Assembly (NCBI GenBank): GCA_964016885.1
Contig: OZ024742.1
Coordinates: 194,742,001-194,806,000 of the forward strand
DNA length: 64,000 nt
Origin: Eledone cirrhosa
Lineage: Eukaryota
Reading direction: 5' to 3'
How positions within the stretch are numbered: position 1 is the first letter of the stretch; each line of letters opens with the position of its first letter. A model generated the notes under the pieces. It searched no databases and had not been told where the DNA came from. It worked only from the letters and a program-made list of their open reading frames with translations. A program made the translations under genes and the position numbers. Below, in pieces: positions 57,104-64,000 of this stretch.

Positions 57104-57415
57104 GGTGGCTGCCAACTCGTTTTCGAGTACGGCCACTTCTTTATATCCATGTAGGAGAAGTGCTGAACGAGTGTGACTTTTTAGTCCAGCCAGTGACTTG
57201 AAAACTCTGGTACAAACACCACACTTGTGACAATTATTGACACATAGTGCTGGGCCCATGGTACCATGTGAGGACAAGTGCAGAGAGATCTCCAGATATA
57301 AAGCAATGCCTGTGCCGTGAAGCTTTTATAGTGAGCAAAGGCACTGCACAAAGCCAGTCCCACTCTCTTAACCAAGATGATATTTACCAAAAAGAAGAAC
57401 AAGTCAACATCATTG
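57102..57415 (-). mobile_element. RTE-derived non-autonomous element, 5'-truncated
   Basis: Matches 50494-50818 with a small deletion; CATA flanks. Confidence 0.85.
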
Positions 57416-57540
57416 CATACATACATACATACATACATACATACATACATACATACATACATACATAAATGCATGCATACATACATACATACATACATAC
57501 ATACATACATACATACATACATACATACATACATACATAC

Positions 57541-59221
57541 AGCAGATGAAAAAGTTCAGCAACTATCTTGCCCAGGTCTATGAGCATGAAGAAAATAATA
57601 TCATTAGGATAACCACTGATCTGGAGGAGAGAAATAGGATAAGGCCTCTCCCGCGGAAATTGGAAGATCCTATTCAATGTTGGAACAAGACAAAAAATTG
57701 TACATGGGTACCTGAGACGGAAAGCAGAGACCATAGTGGGAATAAATCATTTGATAGGCTGTTATATTGGTCATAAGTGTAACCAGTGATACTGATAATA
57801 ATGGTTGCCTGACTAATTATAAAAGTAATTATAACCGTTATAGTAATAATAATGATACTAAACATCCTGGTATTGATGGAAAAATATAATAATATAAGAA
57901 TATAGTAATATATAGTACATATAATATTGCATAATAATCCATATACATACATGCATACATATACGTGTGTATGTACTGACACAAGTGGATGGTTGCATAC
58001 AGAACAGGAACAGGCTGGGATGCGACCGGGAGATTAATACCGGGAGATTAAGTGTTTAAAAAATATATATAGCGGCACTGCCGTGAATATTTGAGTAAAA
58101 TTACAAATAGGTGTCTATAGATTATCTATAAAGGAAGAATTCTGTTGAGCTTTCCTAGTTGCGTAGTTTCGCTACTATGAGGTATATGAAATGCACAAAT
58201 AGTGATTTCAGCCTCCTTAGTGAGAGGGTACTGGGATAATTGCTGGCCTTGTGCCAACAGTAGAAACAATTATTTGATACATTTATACTCCGTCACTCAT
58301 TATCACCTACCTGGGATAAACTACTGACGTGTGGTGCTTTGAGTCGCTAGAAGCTGCTTATTCTCTGGAAGTTACGTCGTCACAACCAAGACAAACAACA
58401 CTCTTCTGCAATATATATATTATAAAAATAACAGGAGGCTGGCATGGAGTTCCGACAAGTTTATGACATCCCACCTTGAGGATATCTCTATACAATACAG
58501 GAACAAGAAACCCCTACTAAATATCTGCTACACGAAAGAGGAGACTCATCAGTCGATAATGAATGTAGGCTTTGTAAAACTAAGATCGAAGATGTTAGCC
58601 ATATCGTTGATAACTGCGAAAGTATGTCGTCACGTTACTATCTTCCTATGAGACACGATGTGATAGCTAGAACCATCAGGGTCGCACTTAAGAAAACAAC
58701 ATTTAAAAAAATGATGAGGAATATGTTGAGATAGATGGCACTAAAGAATACTGGTGGAACCTGAAAATAAAGACTGCCACCAAATTAAAACACAACAGGC
58801 CTGATATTGTTGTTTGGACCACACATTGAAAACGTACTCTGTTGTGGAGATCAGCTGCCCACTTCATGTCAACGTTGTAAGAAAAATACAAGAGAATGAG
58901 GACATCTACAGGCCATTGATGAAGAGTTTTCAGATCCAGTATCCAAGATACATTTTCGGCTTCATACCCATCATTATTGGAGCTATAGGTTATATACCAA
59001 CCCGTTTGGACCAAAATATAACTGTACTTGGATTTGTGGACAAAGAGCGCAGCTCCCTAATTCATAGACTACAAATCGCTGCGATAGCCTGGCACCTTCA
59101 AAATTTGCAAAACATACTTGAGATTCAAGGGATGACAATTTCTTTTCTTTTACAACCATGCCACCAGGAAGGTGGCCAGTCAAAAATGTATTCGATTAAG
59201 AGAAATTAAGAGAAAGAGAGA
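57541..59221 (+). mobile_element. Older, degenerate R4-like copy interrupted by a ~690-bp insertion (~57750-58436)
   Basis: 57541-57748 aligns to ~55700-55945 and 58437-59221 to ~55952-56733 with many substitutions and frameshifts. Confidence 0.85.
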
Positions 59222-59241
59222 CATTCATGCATACATACATG

Positions 59242-59862
59242 ATGATGGCTGTCCCCTCGTTATCGAGTATGGCCATTGCACGATATAACATTATTAATAA
59301 TTATTAATTAATTCTATCGTGCAATGCCTGTGTTTGAAGATAGTATTTAAAGTGAGGAAAGATTGTGCACTGAGCCAATCCCACTCTCTGAGCGACAGTA
59401 GCTATAACCCGAAAAGAAGAAAAGATCAACATCATCGGTAGCTACTGTGCCGCAGGTTTTATACCGGAGTTATCCCAGTTTCCTGAGTTGCATTCTCCTA
59501 GAAGAATGCCTTGACAAAGGTTAGGGTTCCTTCACTCCCAGTGGTTTAACCGCGCGATCGGGTGTCCAGCCCGACTATTTCTATGTCACCGCGCATATAC
59601 ATACACATGCACCCATGTATATACACATATACATACATATGTACATGTGTGTATACATATTTACACACTTTTGTATGGCCGTTGACTCTTAATGGTTTTT
59701 CCGCCATTTGTCAGGTTCTGATTTTTGTCCTGCGGGTTGTCCAGAATCACTCTCCTCACCAACTAAACTTGGTGGGGTTGCCGGTTTAGTCACCGACGAC
59801 CCGACCATGCGACAGGTTGTACTGGGTTACATGTTACAAGTAGCACTCAAGAGTGACCCGAC
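59242..59862 (-). mobile_element. Older full-length relative of the bipartite RTE-derived element
   Basis: Colinear with 50494-51103 (ctcctagaa, gccttgacaaagg, ggtggggttgcc, caggttgtactggg, gtgacccgac); internal CA/TA-rich insert at ~59545-59675. Confidence 0.8.
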
Positions 59863-59922
59863 ATACATACATACATACATACATACATACATACATACAT
59901 ACATACATACATACATACATAC

Positions 59923-60333
59923 ATGGTGGCTGCCAACTCGTTTTCGAGTACGGCCACTACTTTATATCCATGTAGGAGAACCCCTACCGATGCGCTGAAC
60001 GAGTGTGACTTTTTAGTCCAGCCAGCAACTGGTACAAACTCTGGTACAAACACTACACTTGTGACAATTATTGACACAGTGCTGGGCCCATGGTACCATG
60101 TGACGACAAGTGCAGAGAGATCTCCAGATATAAAGCAATGCCTGTGCCGTGAAGCTTTTATAGTGAGCAAAGGCACTGCACAAAACCAGTCCCACTCTCT
60201 TAACCAAGATGATATTTACCAAAAAGAAGAACAAGTCAACATCATTGGATACCATCAGGGCTGCAGGTGTTATATTAGAGTTTTCCTTCTCCTAGAATTC
60301 TGCCTTGACAAAGGCTAAGGGGTCATTTCTCCC
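59923..60333 (-). mobile_element. RTE-derived non-autonomous element, 5'-truncated
   Basis: Near-identical to 43370-43778; pure (CATA)n on both sides. Confidence 0.85.
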
Positions 60334-60410
60334 ATACATACATACATACATACATACATACATACATACATACATACATACATACATACATACATACATA
60401 CATACATACA

Positions 60411-62275
60411 TACAGTTAGCTAAAGTCCTACAACCATTAGTAGCTGCTGTTGAACGCCTGACCAAGAACTGGTACACCAATTTGATGCTTAGAGGTGAGA
60501 AGGAGCAGGTTAGGACTGATAGGATACACTACCAGAAGGGCATCTTTCAGGGTGATAGCTTGTCAGTACTACTCTTTGTTCTCTCACTGAATCCACTATC
60601 TTACCTACTCAGGAAACAAGGTGGACAAAGAAGTGGGCCCAGAAGTATCTCCCATCTTTTCTTTGTTGATGACCTGAAGTTGTATGGGCCAAATATCAAT
60701 GACATCAAGAAACAATTGGACCTCATTACACAATTTTCAACCGACATCAAAATGAAATTTGGTGTGTCCAAGTGTGCATATTTGGCAGAAAAACGTGGAA
60801 GAGCTGTGCCCTCCTCTAGAAATCTAGTGATGAACGGCCTGACAATACAACCTCTGCAGTCAGGTGACAACTACAGATATCTTGGACAGGATGAGCATGT
60901 CAGATATGATGGACCCATAAATAAGGAGAGAACCAGAACTGAATACCTCAGAAGAGTAAAAAAAATATGGTCATCAGAACTGTCAGCATACAACAAATAC
61001 ATTGCCCACAATACCTATGCTGTGCCAATTCTAACGCCAACATTTGGCCTACTGAACTGGTCATTGCAAGAACTAAGTGAGATGGATGCTAGAACTCGAA
61101 AACTTCTCAGTGTTACTGGGAACTTTAACATCAATGGTGATGTGGATAGGCTATACTTCTCACGCAAGGAAGGTGGCCGGGGTCTAAAATCAATATTAAC
61201 AACATATGAGACCCGGATAGTAACACTGAAGCAACACCTTCAACAGAGGAAAAAGGTTGGCGACCATCTTGCTCAGGTTTATGAGCATGAAAAAAGAAAT
61301 ATCATTAGAATAGCGACTGATCTGGAGGAGAGATATGGAATAAAGCCTGATATAAATCTCTCACCCAGAGAAATCGGAAGATCCTATTCAATGTTCAAAC
61401 AAGAAAAAAAAATTGACCAATTTACAGAGAAAGCTGTGCATGGATACTTGAGGCGTAAAACGCAGACCATAGAGGGGATAAACCACTCAAAAAGCCTGGC
61501 ATGGAGTTCCGACAAGTTTATGACATCACACCTTGAGGGATATCTCTATGCAATACAGGAACAAGAACTCCCTACCAAATATCTGCTGCACAAAAGAGGA
61601 GGGCCAGCAGCTGACAATAAATGTAGGCTATGTAAAACAAAGATCGAGGATGTAAGCCACATTGTTGCCAGCTGCGAAAGAATGTCATCTCGCTACTACC
61701 TCCCCATGAGACACGATGGGATAGCTAGAACTATCTGGAACGCACTTCGGAAAACAAAATTAACAACAAACGAGGAAGAATATATTGAGACAGATGGCAC
61801 TAAGGAATACTGGTGGAACCTGAAAATAAAAACTGCCACCAAATTAAAACACAACCGGCCTGATATTGTAGTTTGGGACCACACATTGAAAACGTGTTCT
61901 GTTGTGGAGATCAGCTGCCCACTTGATGTAAACGTTGTCAGAAAAATACAGGAGAAGGAGGACATCTACGGACTATTGATGAGGAGTTTACAAATCCAGT
62001 ATCCAAGATACACCTTTAGCTTCATACCCATCATTATTGGAGCTACGGGTTATATACCAACCCGCTTGGACCAAAGTATGACCGAACTTGGATTTGCGGA
62101 AAAAAAGCGCAGCTCCCTAATTCATAGTCTACAAATGGCTGCGATAGCTGGCACCTTCAAAATTTTCAAAACATTCTTGCGATTCAAGGGATGACAATTT
62201 CTTTTCTTTTACAACCTTGCTACCAGGAAGGTGGCCGGTCAAAAAAATATACTCGAAATTAAGAGAAAGAGAAAA
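60411..62275 (+). mobile_element. 5'-truncated R4-like copy, reading frame still open to the stop at 62194
   Basis: Aligns to 54869-56733 with few substitutions; (CATA)n both sides. Confidence 0.95.
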
Positions 62276-62292
62276 CATACATACATACATAC

Positions 62293-62787
62293 ATGATGAT
62301 GGGTGCAACTCGATTTCGGTTGATACTTAAGCATCACAGACGTGGCTTTTTAGTCTTGCTAGTGACTTGCCTATGACCAACAATACCATGCAACGCAATA
62401 ATGTCCTATCAAGCGATGACTGGGCTTGAATTTTATTGAAGTGAGGAAAGGCTTTGCACGGAGCCAATCCTACTCTCTTAACATCGAATTCATTTGCCCC
62501 AAACGAAATGGTCTACATCATAGGATGCAAACGCAGTCGCAGGTTTTATATCAGAGTTACTTTCTAGAGACATTCCTTAATGAAGACTAGGAATAACTCG
62601 CTCCTCAAAAAATCAAAACAACTTTATTGGATGGCCGTGGACTCTCCTTAGTTCCTCCGCCTTTTGACGGGTTTTGTTTTTCATCCAGCAGGATGTGCAA
62701 AATCACCCTCCTCACCAAGCAAGCTTTGTGGGGTTACCGGTTTAGACGCTGACGAACCGACCATGCACAGGTTGTACTGGATTACAT
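62293..62787 (-). mobile_element. Strongly diverged copy of the bipartite RTE-derived element
   Basis: gagccaatcctactctcttaac, caggatgtgcaaaatcaccctcctcaccaag, cgaccatgcacaggttgtactgg. Confidence 0.7.
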
Positions 62788-62837
62788 ACCTACCTGCCTA
62801 CACTCATACATACATGCATACATACATACATACATAG

Positions 62838-63520
62838 AAACGATAGCCCCGATAATAAACACATTAAAAGCTACAGCACAGTGGAAGACATAGATATACA
62901 TAATGTGAAAGAGTGCTGGTGGAATGTTCCAGTAAAAACCCCAATAAAATGCAGGCATAACAGACGAGATTTTATGATATGGGACGGGGAAAAGAAGGCA
63001 TGCACAGTAGTGGAAGTTAGCTGCCCAGCAGATGCCAATATAATATCAAAGATTAGCGAAAAGGAGGATATGTATGCAGAACTAATGAGAAATTTGCAGA
63101 TACTCCACCCTGATTATACCTTCAGATTTATGCCTGTGATTATTGGGGCACTGGGATATGTTAGTAACTGCCTCAAAATCTTGAGAAGCTTCACAGGAAC
63201 AGAAAGAACACAACTAGCTAGGAAATTACAAGTACAATTCATTAATGGAACAGTAAAAATATGTAAAACGTGCTAAACATTTTGCATCTAATAACTGCAT
63301 ATACACATGTACAGATACTAAGCATACACACATGCACACGTACAACTCAGAACATACACATCCGCACATACAATAACATCCATATCTACACATGCAGACA
63401 TGCATACATATCTACCTAGTTGATGTTGTGTAAATTCCAATGAGAGAGTCTTGTGTCTATGTTAGAAACCGACTCTCTCTCTATTGGTAAAACTTTGTGA
63501 AATTATAAAACCAGAAGAAC
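62838..63520 (+). mobile_element. 3' fragment of a second, divergent R4-clade family in (CATA)n
   Basis: WWNVPVKT...HNRRDFMIWD...TVVEVSCP...KEDMY...MRNLQI..P.YTF.F.P.IIGALGY...GTVKICKT; different 3'UTR ending accagaagaa|catacata. Confidence 0.85.
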
Positions 63521-63800
63521 ATACATACATACATACATAAATACACACACACATACATACATACACACACACATACATACATACATACACACACATACAT
63601 ACATACATACACACACACATACATATATACAGACAGACAGACATACAGACAGACATATTACATACATACTTACATACATGTATACATACATACTTACATA
63701 CACATGCATACATGCATACATACATACATGCATGCATACATACATACATACAGACAGACAGACAGACCCACAGGCCGACATGCATCCATACAGGCACGCC

Positions 63801-64000
63801 TAGATAGATAGATAGATTTCTTTATTTACCATAAAGGCATAAAAAGAAGGGACAAATACAAAGGGGGAGTTTACATATAATCGAGTAAAAAGGGTGTAAC
63901 ATGAAAATAATCGAAAATAACCTCAAAAGGGAGGGGACGTGATGGGGGTTGCACACACCCCCGAAAAAGTGTGCAATCCTTTGCCCGGGGAGCACATGGA
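63801..64000 (-). mobile_element. Probable 3' end of another LINE-like element (AATAAA plus (TCTA)n tail), cut by the window edge
   Basis: Reverse strand ends ggtaaataaagaaatctatctatctatct. Confidence 0.4.

Noticed and set aside
60305-60410. Apparent N-terminal extension giving a 629-aa RT ORF
   Set aside because: Chance in-frame read-through from an antisense repeat across (CATA)n with a TTG start; the element is simply 5'-truncated
50437-63780. Repeat-spacer alternation beside an RT, suggestive of CRISPR, retron or DGR
   Set aside because: The repeats are microsatellites, the spacers are retroelement copies and the RT is a eukaryotic non-LTR type; no cas genes or TR/VR pair

Overview
AT-rich, microsatellite-saturated eukaryotic DNA. 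The (TA)n/(CATA)n load and the SINE types suggest a coleoid cephalopod such as Octopus, which is an inference. Only one host exon is recognisable: 6120-6504 (+), TM3-TM5 of an orexin/allatotropin-type GPCR. The rest is probably intron filled with mobile elements. Two repeat systems stand out. (1) From about 0.3 to 49 kb, many Penelope-like (GIY-YIG) relics and small fold-back elements sit in (TA)n tracts. They carry at least 13 type-I hammerhead ribozyme motifs whose stem III is a family-specific palindrome. (2) From about 43 to 64 kb there is a (CATA)n-anchored nest. An R4/Dong-clade RT-RLE retrotransposon is always on + (one intact full-length 1169-aa copy, several truncated copies and a second family). 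It alternates with a ~610-bp bipartite RTE-derived non-autonomous element that is always on -, has a (TATG)n tail and has a candidate HDV-like ribozyme at its 5' end. tRNA-derived SINEs, hAT and mariner MITEs, Helitron ends, CRE-clade fragments and minisatellites are also present. Nearly all [12 protein letters not shown] ORFs in the track are microsatellite artefacts. Coordinates were read by eye and may be off by a few bases.
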